Assembly: GCF_006345805.1 (NCBI RefSeq)
Contig: NC_042999.1
Location: forward strand, 8,432,001-8,496,000
DNA length: 64,000 bases
Direction: 5' to 3'
Origin: Octopus sinensis
Taxonomy: Eukaryota
The notes under the pieces: model-generated
Told to the model about the DNA's origin: nothing
Seen by the model: the letters and a program-made list of their open reading frames with translations, nothing else
The model's database searches: none
Translations under genes and position numbers: made by a program
In this document: positions 38,426-51,400 of the stretch, piece after piece
Layout of the letters: the number at the start of each line of letters is the position of its first letter
Position numbering within the stretch: the stretch's first letter is position 1

Positions 38426-39659
38426 TAAAAATGAAAGAGGCCATGTATACATGCATGTAAAAAAAACATTTGTAAAACATTCTGCCTCTTAACTCTACAT
38501 GCACATGTATAGACACAAAACTAGATGTGAGTATTCATACATAAAACAAAACATGAAGATATGCGCACGTGCATTTGCAGTGATGCCAAACACCTGCACG
38601 TATGCACACATGCATGCACATCTGCCCTGTTGATGGTTTTGGAATTCCAATGAAGGAGTCCTGGATCTAAGATAGAATATAACCATTTCTCCATTGGCAA
38701 AATATCTAGAAATAAAACTAAACATCATTCCTATATATTTATATCTCTATATATATATATCTATATATTTATGCAGATGCTCTATGAGTGCAGTCACATG
38801 TTTGGCATAGCAGACCATTCTTTGAATACACAGTGGGTACCATCTTAAGTGTTAATGCAACAAGTGTTAGCCGGGTTAAATAAATGGTTAGTCTTCCGAT
38901 AATGTTCAGCAGAGAAAAATTTTTTATTCAAAATCGTGTGGATATTCATCCTTAACATGAATTTACCAAGCAGGCATCTGCTATGAACATCATGATGAGA
39001 ACTGAATTGACAACCACCAATGCTATTTTTGAGAACGGTATATAGAATTCTTTAGGTTGTAGCTACAACAGAAAGAATCGTTAGCTATAAAACACATCTT
39101 TCTTGCATTAATGAAGCCAGTAATGAGATACTTAATTGCTATAAAATAGTAAAAGAAGATTCCTTTGTTAGGGTTTTGAAAAGAATGAAATGATGCTGGA
39201 GAAAACTGCATCCAGAACTAAAATATTTTATGACAGAAGGAAAGTCAATTATGATAATTTTTCTTGATAAATATTTTTAATGCAAAAGTTGTAAATTCTG
39301 CACAAATAAGCCTCAAAGTTATTCTCCTGAATAAGACATGGCTTGAGTAACAAGCCTGAACCTCATTGCTATATTAGGCTGTGTCAATCAGTTTGGTTGG
39401 CACTCTACTGGTGCCTTACCATCTTGTAACCAAGCTTGATGTTCACAATAAGTTGTCGGTCAACCCTAATGGAAACAACAACAACAACAAAAGACAGACA
39501 AAAGAATGGAAGAGAAAAGTGTATTAATATTTAATGTGAAATCTTTTCAGAGAAGATCCCTGCATTTTTATTTCCCACTCCCATCCACCCATCATCACAA
39601 AACACTGCATCTGTCTTGTCATCACCGTCGTTATCATGTATAAAGAATAAAAGAATATA

Positions 39660-40070
39660 CACATCATCATCATCATCATCATCATCATTGTTTAACGTCC
39701 GCTTTCCATGCTGGCAAAGGTTGGACGGTTTAACTGAGAACTGGTGAGCCAGGAGTCTGTACCAGGCTCCAATCTGATTTGGCAAGGTTTCTACAGCTTG
39801 ATGCCCTTCCTAACATCAACCACTCCGAGAGTGTCGTGGGTGATTTTATGTGCCATCGACACTAGGGCCAGTCAGGCAGTACTGGCATTGGCTACGCTCG
39901 AGTGGTACTTTTTATGTACCACCTGCACTGGAGCCAGTCAACGGCCCTGGCAACGACCACACTCAAATGGTGCTTTTTTACGTACCACCAGCACAGGAGC
40001 AAGTCAACGGCCCCGATAACAATCATGTGTGCTCAAATGGTGCTTTTAACGTTCCACTGGCATGGGTGCC
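39660..40070 (-). mobile_element. RTE 3' end
   Basis: (CAT)n tail and AAATGGTGCTTTT units. Confidence 0.8.
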
Positions 40071-40973
40071 AATTGATAAAATAGGAGATGAATGTGAATA
40101 GGCTTTACTTATTCTCAAATTTGATGGACATATAGCGATACATAAGTCAACTCAACCACCACTACAGAAGTTACCCCAACCACCACTATGAGGTCCCTGC
40201 AGTAAATCTATGGATAACAACAGGTAATCAAAACTGTGCCCCGGTGCTTTACTCAACATCCATTTATATATTTTGTACAATTTCTCCATTATACACACAC
40301 GATTTAGAGTATTATTTTTATTGCACATTACTTTTCTTTGATGCTGTGGTGGACTTGAGTCATGAAAGAAGAACTTATCGCATGGTACCATCTTCACTTG
40401 TATCCTATCCTCTGCTGAGTGCAGTGCACAATGGTCACAGCATGCTTCCAAACACAGGATAATTTGCTCAGCAGCCAAGTCTACCTTGGTTACATTATGT
40501 GTGCATGTGTGTGTGTGTGTGTAAATGTAAGGCGATTAGTGTTAGGAATAACATCCAGCCATAAAAACCATACCAAAACAAACAGTAGAGTTTGGTGCAG
40601 TCTTCTTGGTTGCCAGCTCCCGTCAAACTGTTCAGTCGATGTCAGTATGGAGGACAGACCAGATGTTTAATGATGATGATGATGTGTGCATGTGTGTGTG
40701 TATGTATCATCATCACTCATCATCACTCATCAACATCATCATTGAATGTCCGTTGTCCATGCTGGGGAATGGGTCGGACGGTTTGACCAGAGCTGACAAG
40801 CTGATGGGGGCTGCACCAGACTCCAGTCTGATTTGACATGGTTTCTATGGCTGGGATGCTCTTCCTATCACCAACCCCTTTACAGAGTGTCTTTGGATGC
40901 TCTTACTTGGTACTGCATTGGCGCTTTTATATGCGTAAACACACAAACACACACACATACACACATATATATA

Positions 40974-41370
40974 GGCACAGGAGTGGCTGTGTGGTAAGTA
41001 GCTTGCTTACCAGCCACATGGTTTTGGGTTCAGTCCCACTGCGTGGCACTTTGGGCAAGTGTCTTCTATAGCCTCAGGCTAACCAAAGCCTTGTGAGTGG
41101 ATTTGGTAGATGAAACTGAAAGAAGCCTGTCGTGTATATGTATATATACATGTGTGTGTGTTTGTGTGTCTGTGTTTGTCCCTCCAAAATCGCTTGACAA
41201 CCGATGCTGGTGTGTTCACATTCCCGTAACTTAGCAGTTCAGCAAAAGGGACCAATAGAATAAGTACTAGGCTTACAAAGAATAAGTCCTGGGGTCGATT
41301 TGATCGACTAAAGGCGGTGCTCCAGCATGGCCACAGTCAAATGACTGAAACAAGTAAAAGAGTAAAAGAG
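40974..41370 (+). mobile_element. Full-length SINE family B
   Basis: As 29632-30035. Confidence 0.9.
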
Positions 41371-41415
41371 TATATATATACATATCCAAACATATACACA
41401 CATCATTATTAAGAT

Positions 41416-42150
41416 ACGTAAAAGCACCATTCACTCATGGCCGTTTGCCAGCCTCGCCTGGCCCCGTGCCGGTGACATGTAAAAGCACCGTCCGTTCGTG
41501 GCCGTTGGCCAGCTCTGTCTGGCCCCGTGTCAGTGGCACGTAAAAGCACCATCCGTTCGTGGCCGTTTGCCAGCTCTGTCTGGCCCCGTGTCGGTGGCAC
41601 GTAAAAGCACCATCCGTCCGTGTCCGTTGCCAGCCTCGGCTGGCCCCCGTGCCGGTGACACGTAAAAGCACCGTCCGCTCGTGGCCGTTTGCCAGCTCTG
41701 TCTGGCAACCGTGTCGGTGGCACGTAAAAGCACCATCCATTCGCGTCCGTTGCCAGCCTCGGCTGGCCCCCGTGCCGGTGACACGTAAAAGCACCGTCCG
41801 TTCGTGGCCGGTTGCCAGCTCTGTCTGGCCTCGTGTCGGTGGCACGTAAAAGCACCATCCGTTCGTGTCCGTTGCCAGCATCGCCTGGCCCCGTGCCGGT
41901 GACACGTAAAAGCACCATCCATTCGTGGCCGTTCGCCAGCTCTGTCTGGCACCAGTGCAGGTGGCACGTAAAAAACACCCACTACACTCGCGGAGTGGTT
42001 GGCGTTAGGAAGGGCATCCAGCCGTAGAAACACTGCCAGATCTGACTGGGCCTGACGAAGCCTTCCAGCTTCACAGACCCCAGTTGACCCGTCCAACCCA
42101 TGCTAGCATGGAAAACGGACGCTAAACGATGATGATGATGATGATGATGA
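41416..42150 (+). mobile_element. RTE 3' end with an expanded array of about nine 60-62-bp tandem units
   Basis: AAAAGCACC recurs about every 61 bp from ~41420 to ~41970, then the normal RTE terminus follows. Confidence 0.9.
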
Positions 42151-43129
42151 GTTTCCCCAAAAAAGAAAATGATTTAGAACATAATCTTTATGGCACATTA
42201 CTTTTCTTTGATGCCGGGGTGGACTTCAGTCATGAAAGAGGAACTTATAACATGCTACCATCTTCACTTGTATCCTATCCTCTGCTGAGTGCAGTGCACA
42301 ATGGTCACAGCATGCTTCCAAAACACATGATAATTTGCTCAGCAGCCAAGTCTACCTTGGTTACATTAAGTGTGCATGTAGCTAATTTATACTTCCATTT
42401 AATCTAGAACTGAAGTTATCTCATGGAGAGATTATTGTCTATAGTTCGGTTGCTTTGCAAAACCGAAATATTGATAATAAACATCTTAAATTGAATAACC
42501 ATTAGCTAATTAATTAATTAAAATGTTTTTAAATATCACACATTAAATATTAAATAGAGTCAATTGGTTGACGCTTTTAATTAACAAATGTAGATTTCAA
42601 TGGTTGATTAACCGTACTGACTAGTCAAATTAAACGGAAAGTTGTGGCGTGCAAACATTTAACCAAGAAATTTTAGTGAAATGTCACAGAGAGATAAACA
42701 GGAATTATGCCATCATCTTGGCTCGTTAAGAACTTATTTACATTTAGTTGTGGTCCTTTATATCACTAAGTAATGGTAGTTTTATCACAGAATGTCATTA
42801 ACACTTTTGATTGCAATCCATCTGAGCCCCCCCCCCACCCTTCCCTGGTTTCATGACGAACCTCTTCGTTTAAAGTGATTGAATGTAAATCTTTCATTAA
42901 GATCTCATTTTAATTTATGCTCGAAGCAACATTTTGATAAACATGAAGTTATTCTTTTATTCTTTTATCAGTTTCAGCTCAAGAGCTGTGGCCACGCTGG
43001 GGCACTGCCCTTAGCTTTGCTGCACTTTTATTACTTGAAAAACTCCTCTGATATGTGGAATAGGGTAACTGAGGGAGTTTGAACTTGCTACCCTCATACG
43101 CATTTCGTGCCACAAGGTAGGTTCATCTG

Positions 43130-43590
43130 AAACTCTTGACAGGAGGAGATCCAGTTCTGTTTTGAAGACATCTCCACAAACCCCCATGTAGGTCTCTCAG
43201 GCTTTTTGGGGACAAAGGACTGAAATACCTGAGATGTCTTGCTGTCCTCGAGAAGACACACACTCAGCAGTAGAAGTGATAAGACTGGTCCCTCTAGTAG
43301 TGAAAAGCACACATGGCAGTCCCACATGAAAGTGCTCATGTGGTGCCATGTACAAACGCTGGTGCAGCGCCATGTAAAAGTAGTTGGAATGTTAGGAAGG
43401 GCATCCCAGCAATAGAAGTCATGCCAAATCAGATTGGAGTCTGGTGCAACCCCCACCAGCTTGCCAGCTCTGGTCAAACCGTCCAGCCCATACCAGCATG
43501 AACAACAGACGTTAAATGATGATGATGATGATGATGATGATGATAATGATGATGATGATGATGATGGTGATGATGATGGTGATGATTGAA
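43130..43590 (+). mobile_element. Old RTE 3' fragment (ORF end and UTR)
   Basis: Degenerate terminus GTTAGGAAGGGCATCC...GTTAAATGATGATG. Confidence 0.6.
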
Positions 43591-43639
43591 GAACTGTGGG
43601 GCCCTTGAAATCCAAGCTGTTATAGTATTTGGTCCCTAT

Positions 43640-44205
43640 CGGGATAGCAATATTGGGATCCTTGACGCTATGCAGTGTAGCACTGTTCTGGTGTTTGTGT
43701 AACCTTCAATGCCAGAATTTGGTAACAAGTCCTTCCAGAATTTTCCAGATGAATATCACCGCTTATCTTTTTTGTCTTTGTTCTAAGGAGTAGAGTCTTA
43801 ACTTTCCCAATCTTTCCCAGTAGCTGACTTATCGCATGTAGACAATTTTCATGTAGCTTTACTAGATTGCTTCAAGTCCTACCATTAATCTTACACTGTG
43901 TGGTGACTATATTTGGGAGTAGTAGTCTAAGTGGCCAAGAACACATGTCCTCCACAGGGCCATCATGGTTTCCTGTTCTCTCGTTCTGAAAGTTCTAAGG
44001 ATCCAGTCAGACAGCCGCCAGCATTTTATTGGCTATTTAGTAATATGGAAAAATGCATCATTACTCGTGTCAATGCCCAAGTCAGGCACTGATGTTGATT
44101 CAGGGATTGCAATCCTTCCTGGACCAATGTAGCCTGTCTGTGTTTTATTCATCTTCATGTGCTGGTAGAGCAAAGCCTGGAATTTTCTGACATTAGACTG
44201 CATTA
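43640..44205 (-). mobile_element. Decayed CR1/L2-group LINE fragment
   Basis: Minus strand reads DLGID...WILRTFRTRE...LDYYSQI...YWERLGKLRLYSLE...IFIWKILEGLV across stops; related to 15116-15685. Confidence 0.75.
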
Positions 44206-44368
44206 GAAAATTACAATTTTTAAATCTCACAATGAGAGATATTCAGCAACAGTACTTTGGAATAAAGATTGTTTGCCAACATTACATGGCAGTCCTGGTT
44301 TAGGACGAATGTTCTTGTAATTTAGCCCTAGGAGACATCATCTCCAGCTAGCTATACGACACAATCTG
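44205..44368 (-). mobile_element. Family E fragment (no hammerhead part)
   Basis: Reverse complement of ~62430-62592. Confidence 0.75.
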
Positions 44369-44495
44369 ACAGATATTTGTCCTCATCTTGTTTGTTGTTA
44401 ACACAACGTTTCGGCTGATATACCCTCCAGCCTTCATCACGTGTCTTGGGGAAATTTCAAACGTGGGTTCTCATTCCTAAGCTATTTTTCAATGT
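44368..44495 (-). mobile_element. Family D hammerhead tail
   Basis: Homologous to 12199-12352; joined to (TAA)n at 44497-44548. Confidence 0.8.
44400..44445 (-). ncRNA. Best-preserved family D minimal hammerhead (single core change C3 to G)
   Basis: GACAC-gTGATGA-a-GGCTG-gagggtatat-CAGCC-GAA-ACGT-T-GTGTT. Confidence 0.55.
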
Positions 44496-44497
44496 TA

Positions 44498-44548
<51 letters not shown>

Positions 44549-44549
<1 letters not shown>

Positions 44550-44948
44550 ATTTTTTTTTTTCTTCTTTCAAATTTTCTTCCATTTCTTGCCGAGTGTCTT
44601 CCCGACTCCTAGGGCAAAGAAACTCATAGTGTATATTGGTAGGCCATTAGACCAAACTCAGAAGTTCGTTCATTTTCTTTTTTTTTTTTTTTTTTTTTTA
44701 AAGTTAGATTAAAATACATGAGCAGCAACAGTTCTCACATCGACAATGCTCTTCTCAATACGTGTGATGTACCAGTTAAGACAATCTTTTGCACTTCTTG
44801 CAGGGATGGTAAGCCAGGGATCATTCTCATATAATTTTCGGTTCCCTTCTTGATCATTCCTAGTGCTCCTACGATCACTGGTATTGTAACCGCCTTGAGA
44901 TGCCACATTTTCTCAATTTCAATGAGTAGGTCTTTATATTTTCTGAGC

Positions 44949-44950
<2 letters not shown>
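44549..44950 (-). mobile_element. 5'-truncated R4/Dong-like copy between (TAA)n tracts
   Basis: KYKDLLIEIEKMWHLKAVTIPVIVGALG...RALSM*; near-identical to 48429-48830. Confidence 0.9.
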
Positions 44951-44998
<48 letters not shown>

Positions 44999-45012
44999 CA
45001 TCATTATTATTA

Positions 45013-45059
<47 letters not shown>

Positions 45060-45071
45060 GTTATCATTATT

Positions 45072-47699
45072 ATCTTTGTGGCTGGTGACTTCAATGGTCA
45101 CATTGGACGACATGCTGGGGGCTTCCATGGCGTACATGGAGGCTATGGCTATGGCTCCCGCAACGAGGAGGGAACCAGGCTGCTGGAGTTCTGCGATGCA
45201 AATAATCTTATGATTTGCAACACTAACTTCAGGAAACCTACCAGCCACCTAGTCACTTACCGATCGGGCCAACATACCAGCCAAATTGACTACATCCTTG
45301 CAAGGCAAAGGGAGAGATGGCTGCTTATAAATGCCAAAACCTTCCCAGGTGAAGAATGTACCCCACAACATAGACTGGTAGTTAGTGACTTTAGGATCAG
45401 GACTAGGAGGACAACCAGAAGACGACCAATATGGAGAAGAAGGATCTGGAAGCTTAAAGATCCTGCAAATGGACAGAGATTTAGGGACATATTACTTGAA
45501 GCCTCTGACGAAGTAGAAGGGGATAGAGCATCACAGGGGGTAGAAGACAGCTGGACGTTTCTAAGGGACAACCTGCTGAGAGCCACTGACCAGATCTGTG
45601 GCTGGTGCAAAGTCCCCTCTCGACCTAGAATAACGTGGTGGTGGAACAATATTGTAGACAGGGCTATTAGAGAAAAGAGACAGGCTTGGAAGGTCTGGAA
45701 AAATGGGGGTAGCAGGGAATTGTATCAGACTGCCAAAAGAGAAGCTAGGAGACAGGTTTATTTAGCGAGAGGGGAAGCAGATAAGAAAAAATTTGCCAAT
45801 GTTCTGCAAATCCGTCAGGACCAAAGACTGGAGGTGTTTCGCATTGCAAGACAGTGTGTGAGAGAGAATCGTGATGTGGTAGGAGAGAAGTGTGTTCGCA
45901 TGGAAGATGGTTCACTTGCGCTAAATGAGGATGCAAAGAGAGAGGTTTGGAGATGCCACTATGAAAGGTTGCTGAATAAAGAAAATGAATGGGATAAAGA
46001 GAGTCTGCCGAATGTTGACCCAACAGAGGGACCAGCTATCCGAGTTGATAGTTCCGTGGTAGCTAAGGCAATTAGAAGCATGAAGACAGGGAAAGCCCCA
46101 GGCCCATCAGGAATCACTGCAGAGATGCTCAAAATATCTGGTAGTGTCGGCTATAGCCTAGTCACCCGTATAGTTAATCAGGTGATACACAAAGGAGTCA
46201 TACCCAATGACTGGTGTAGCAGCATAATAGTCAACTGCTACAAAGGTAAAGGTGACGCCCTAGATACAAATAACTACAGAGGTATCAAGCTGTTGGATCA
46301 GGTGATGAAGGTTACGGAGAGGGTCATAGCCCAACTAATTAGAGAGAGAGTTAGTTTAGATGAGATGCAGTTTGGGTTTGTGCCAGGGAAAAGTACTACT
46401 GATGCTATATTCCTGGTAAGGCAGCTGCAGGAGAAATACCTAGCCAAAGATAAGCCCCTGTACCTGGCTTTTGTTGACATGGAGAAAGCCTTCGACAGGG
46501 TCCCCTGATCCCTTATCTGGTGGGCAATCAGGAAACTAGGGATAGAATAATGGTTAGTGAGAGCTGTGCGGGCCATGTATAGGGACGCTGCTAGTAGGGT
46601 GAGGGTTGGAAACGAGTACAGTGAAGAATTCCGTGTAGAGGTAGGGGTCCACCAAGGCTCAGTACTCAGCCCCCTCCTATTTATCATAGTCCTCCAGGCA
46701 ATAACGGAGGAATTCAAGACAGGATGCCCTTGGGAGCTCCTCTATGCTGATGACCTTGCTCTAATTGCTGAGTCGCTATCAGAACTGGAGGAGAAGTTTC
46801 AGGTATGGAAACAAGGATTGGAATCAAAGGGCCTCAGAGTCAATCTAGCTAAAACCAAAGTCGTAATCAGTAGGAAGGTAGACAAATCACAAACGCCTTC
46901 AGGTAGATGGCCCTGCTCAATCTGTAGAAAAGGTGTAGGTAGAAACTCTATAAGATGCACCAAGTGTAAGCTATGGACACATAAGAGGTGCAGCAATGTC
47001 AAAGGAAGGCTAACTAGGAAGATGGTTTTTGTATGTGGCAGATGCTCAGGAACAATAAACACTGAAAATGCTCTGAGACCAACTTCCGTCACTTTCCAGG
47101 GAGAAAAACTAGAAATAGTTGATAGTTTCCGTTACCTAGGTGACCAAGTCAGCAGCGGGGGCGGATGTGCTGAAAGTGTAACTGCTAGAGTAAGAATAGC
47201 TTGGGCAAAGTTCAGAGAGCTCTTACCTCTGCTGGTGACAAAAGGCCTCTTGCACAGAGTGAAAGGCAGACTGTATGATGCGTGTGTACGAACAGCCATG
47301 CTACATGGCAGTGAAACATGGGCCGTGACTGCTGAGGATATGCGTAAGCTTGCAAGAAATGAAGCCAGTATGCTCCGATGGATGTGTAATGTCAGTACTC
47401 ATACTCGGCAGAGTGTAAGTACCTTGAGAGAAAAGCTGGACCTAAGAAGCATCAGTTGTGGTGTGCAAGAGAGACGTTTGCGCTGGTATGGTCATGTGGC
47501 GAGAATGGATGAAGATAGTTGTGTGAAAAAGTGCCACACCCTAGCGGTTGAGGAAACCTGTGGAAGAGGCAGACCCAGGAAAACCTGGGACGAGGTGGTG
47601 AAGTACGACCTTCGAACTTTAGGTCTCACTGAGGAAATGACTAGAGACCGAGACCTCTGGAAGTATGCTGTGCGTGAGAAGACCCAGCAGGACAAGTGA
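45072..47699 (+). pseudogene. Disabled APE-RT ORF of the RTE element
   Basis: One reading frame with nonsense codons TGA 46506-46508 and TAA 46548-46550; the minus copy has CGA and GAT-GAA at these sites. Confidence 0.9.
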
Positions 47700-48388
47700 G
47701 TCCATAACCCGTGGCCTTCTACATGGGATGGAGCCAGCCTACGTATGCATACCTTCCCTTCTTGGGACACAAAACTCTACTTGTGAAGACCTGTTGAGGC
47801 AAGTGAGGATCAGAATCGAAATCGATCAATGGAAATTGCAGATGTGTTACCAGTGCCGGTGGCATGTCGAAACTCTACTTGTGAAGACCCGTTGAGGCAA
47901 GTGAGGATCAGAATCGAAATCGATCAATGGAAATTGCAGATGTGGTACCAGTGCCATGTCGAAACTCTACTTGTGAAGACCCGTTGAGGCAAGTGAGGAT
48001 CAGAATCGAAATCGATCAATGGAAATTGCAGATGTGTTACCAGTGCCGGTGGCATGTAAGAGAACCTTCCGTTTCGCGACCGTTGCCAGCACCGCCCCGT
48101 TTCGTGTCCGTTGCCAGCCTCGCCCTGGCCCTTGTGCCGGTGGCACATAAAAAGCACCATCCGTTCGTGGCCGTTTGCCAGCTCTGTCTGGCACCTGTGC
48201 GGGTGGCATGTAAAAAGCACCCACTACACTCACGGAGTGGTTGGCATTAGGAAGGGCATCCAGCTGTAGAAACACTGCCAGATTTGACTGGAACTGATGA
48301 AGCCTTCTAGCTTCACAGACCCCAGTAGAACCGTCCAACCCATGCTAGCATGGAAAATGGACGCTAAACGATGATGATGATGATGATG

Positions 48389-48390
<2 letters not shown>
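45072..48390 (+). mobile_element. RTE-clade LINE, 5'-truncated within the AP endonuclease; 3'UTR with three ~98-bp repeats and a (GAT)n tail
   Basis: AGDFNGH...SQIDYIL...QHRLVV (APE), QFGF...FVDMEKAFDRV, GVHQGSVLSP, LLYADDL (RT), RGRPRKTW. Confidence 0.95.
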
Positions 48391-48428
<38 letters not shown>

Positions 48429-48429
<1 letters not shown>

Positions 48430-51400
48430 TTTTTTTTCTTCTTTCAAATTTTCTTCCATTTCTTGCCGAGTGTCTTCCCGACTCCTAGGGCAAAGAAACT
48501 CATAGGTATATTGGTAGGCCATTAAACCAAACTCAGTAGTTCGTTAATTTTTTTTTTTTTTTTTTTTTAAGTTAAATTTAAATACATGAGCAGCAACAGT
48601 TCTCACATCGACAATGCTCTTCTCAATACGTGTGATGTACCAGTTAAGACAATCTTTTGCACTTCTTGCAGGGATGGTAAGCCAGGGATTATTCTCATAT
48701 AATTTTCGGTTCCCTTCTTGATCATTCCTAGTGCTCCTACGATCACTGGTATTGTAACCGCCTTGAGATGCCACATTTTCTCAATTTCAATGAGTGGGTC
48801 TTTATATTTTCTGACCTTGTCAAACTCTTTCGCTGAGATATTATGATCACAGGGGATGCTCATGTCGATCAATAAGCAAACTTTATTGTTTGGGTCTTTC
48901 ACAACAATATCTGGTTTATTGCCTTGATGGTTCGGTCTGTATGTACTGGAAAGTCCCACAGAATGGTTACATTTTCTCCTTCAGTTACAGCCTCAGGGTG
49001 GTGATTATACCATTGTGTCGGCAGTTTTGATATTGTAATGCCGACTTATTAGCCAGTGGAGATATTGGCCAACTCTGTCATGTCTTAATTTATACTCCAC
49101 TGGTGCTAAGAAATTACATCCAGAGATTAGGTGGTCCACTGTTTCAATCATGTCGTTGCAGAATCGGCATTTTGGGTCTGCTCCATTTTTCATCACATTG
49201 GCCTGGTAGTTCCGGGTTGATAGGCTTTGGTCTTGAGCAGCCAGGATGAAACCTTCGCTCTCTGCTTTTAGCCCTGATCTCCGCAGCCACTGATGGGTTT
49301 GCTTCTGGTCAACATCAGCTTGTTTGCTGCGAGTCACATATTTGCCGTGCAGAGGTTTCTCCTCCCACCTATCAGCCAATTGCTCGTGCGCTTTTTTCAT
49401 TGCCATCATTTTCACCTTCTTTGCAACAATAGTTGCCGTACTTCCCTCGGATTGTTCAGTTTGGGTATCCTGCACGAGATCAATAGCAAATTTTTTGCTT
49501 TCCTTGATGATAGAATGAAGCTTCTTTCGTCTCTCGTGATTTTCCACGAGCTTTAGCATCCTGTCATTCGATATTTCGAGATATTTGGCCAGTCCAATTG
49601 TGGTTGTTTTGTAAGCTAGTTCAAATTGGATCAGGCCTCGACCTCCTTGGGCTCTGGGAAGGTAAAGGCGATCTACGTCTGCCTTTGGGTGGTGCATCCT
49701 ATTACAACTCAGCAGCTTGCGTATTTTTCTATCTATATTCTTTACTTCACTCATATTCCAGTTCAACACATTGTAGCTATAAGTAACAACTGGAACTGCT
49801 AGGGAATTTATAGCTAACACCTTGTTACGTGCATTTAGTTCAGATTTCAGGACTGCACCAACTCTCCTATACATTCCTTCCTGATTTTCTCTTTCATGCT
49901 TGCATGCTGAATACCAGAGCCTTCATTTATCCCTAAATATTTGTATGTTTGTTCTTGCTCAAGCTCTCTTATGACTGTGTCAACATCTAACACGACTGAA
50001 TTTGTGGTCTTCACTTCCCTTTCTGGAAAGTGGCCTTGGCACACTTCTCAAGTCCAAACTCCATCCCGATGTCATCGCTGAATGCTTTCACGGTGCGCAA
50101 TAAGCCTTCAAGTTCATTATTGTCTTTACCATAAAGTTTTAAGTCATCCATATAAAATAGATGGCTTAATTTTTTATTGGCAATTTTATACCCATACCCT
50201 GTTCTGTTTAATTCACTTGTAAGGGGTATTAGGGCTATGCAGAATATTAAAGGTGAAAGTGAGTCACCTTGAAAAATTCCACAGTTGATGTTTATTTTTC
50301 TGAGGCAAGTACTCCATTAGAGTGGTATAATTGGAGATTCGTATTCCACAACGACATATTGTGCTTCAGGAAGTTTGAAATCACAGGGGAAATTTTGAAG
50401 ATGTCCAGCGATCTCAAGATCCATGGATGCGGTATACTGTCGAAGGCCTTTTTATAGTCAATCCATGCGGTGCTGAGATTTCTGCGCTTGTTGTGACAGT
50501 TCTCAAGGATCATACGATTGATTAGCAGTTGATCTTTGCATCCGTAAGAGCCTCGGCGGCACCCCTTTTGTTCAATGGGGAAAATATCGTTCTTCTCCAT
50601 GAATGCATATGTTTTCTCCGCCAGGATAGATGTTAGGATTTTATACGTGGTGGATAGACAGGTTATAGGCCGATAGTTTTTGGAAGGTTGGTTTCGTTAT
50701 TCTTTGGGAGTAGGTAAGTAATGCCACTTGCTAACCATTCAGGTGTTTTCTTTGGGTCTCTCATAATTCCATTGAGCAGCTGAACTAGCTTACCGTGTGC
50801 GCACGGGAGCGATGCGAGCCAGAAATCGGCACCCTATCTTTACCGGGGGATTTCCAATTATGGGCCTTCATGAGTGCCTTTCTTAGGTCTGCTATTGTGA
50901 TGTCTTCCCATGCTTGTTGTTGTAAATTTTGGTAGGATCCTTCAGTTTGTATAATCCAGTCTGCATTTATGTTGTACGTCTTCTTGTCACTCCAAATCCT
51001 TTTCCAAAAGTTTTGAACTTCTTCCATGGGAGGGGGGTCTTTAACAGTTACTTTCTCCTTCCCTATTTCTCTGTAGAATTTTTTGGCATTGGATGTGAAC
51101 AGCTTATTTGCTTGTAAAACTTGTTTCTCTTCTCAAATCTTCGTATTCTTTGGGCTTTTGCTTGGACTTTTTGTTTCAGCGTTTCTTTTATTGTTATCAG
51201 TTCTTCTCTTGGTGAGGATCCAAATTTTCTCTTCATCTTTCTTCCTGTTCTGGATCTTACATCATTTCCACATATTAGTTCATTTAATATTGATATTTCC
51301 CCTCTCATAAATTCAATCTCTTTTTCAATTTTACTTCTCCAGGTTTGATTTCTTCCCAGGTTTTGTTTTCTTTGTTTTTTCGGGGGCATACAGCTGGTTC

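Noticed and set aside
41416-41980. CRISPR array (regular ~61-bp period, palindromic repeats)
   Set aside because: The spacer-like parts are homologous to each other, the array is continuous with the RTE 3'UTR, there are no cas genes, and the context is eukaryotic.
44850-45071. N-terminal hydrophobic poly-Ile extension of the 552-aa RTE ORF
   Set aside because: It is read-through from the antisense R4 fragment and the (ATT)n tract; the RTE sequence starts at ~45072.
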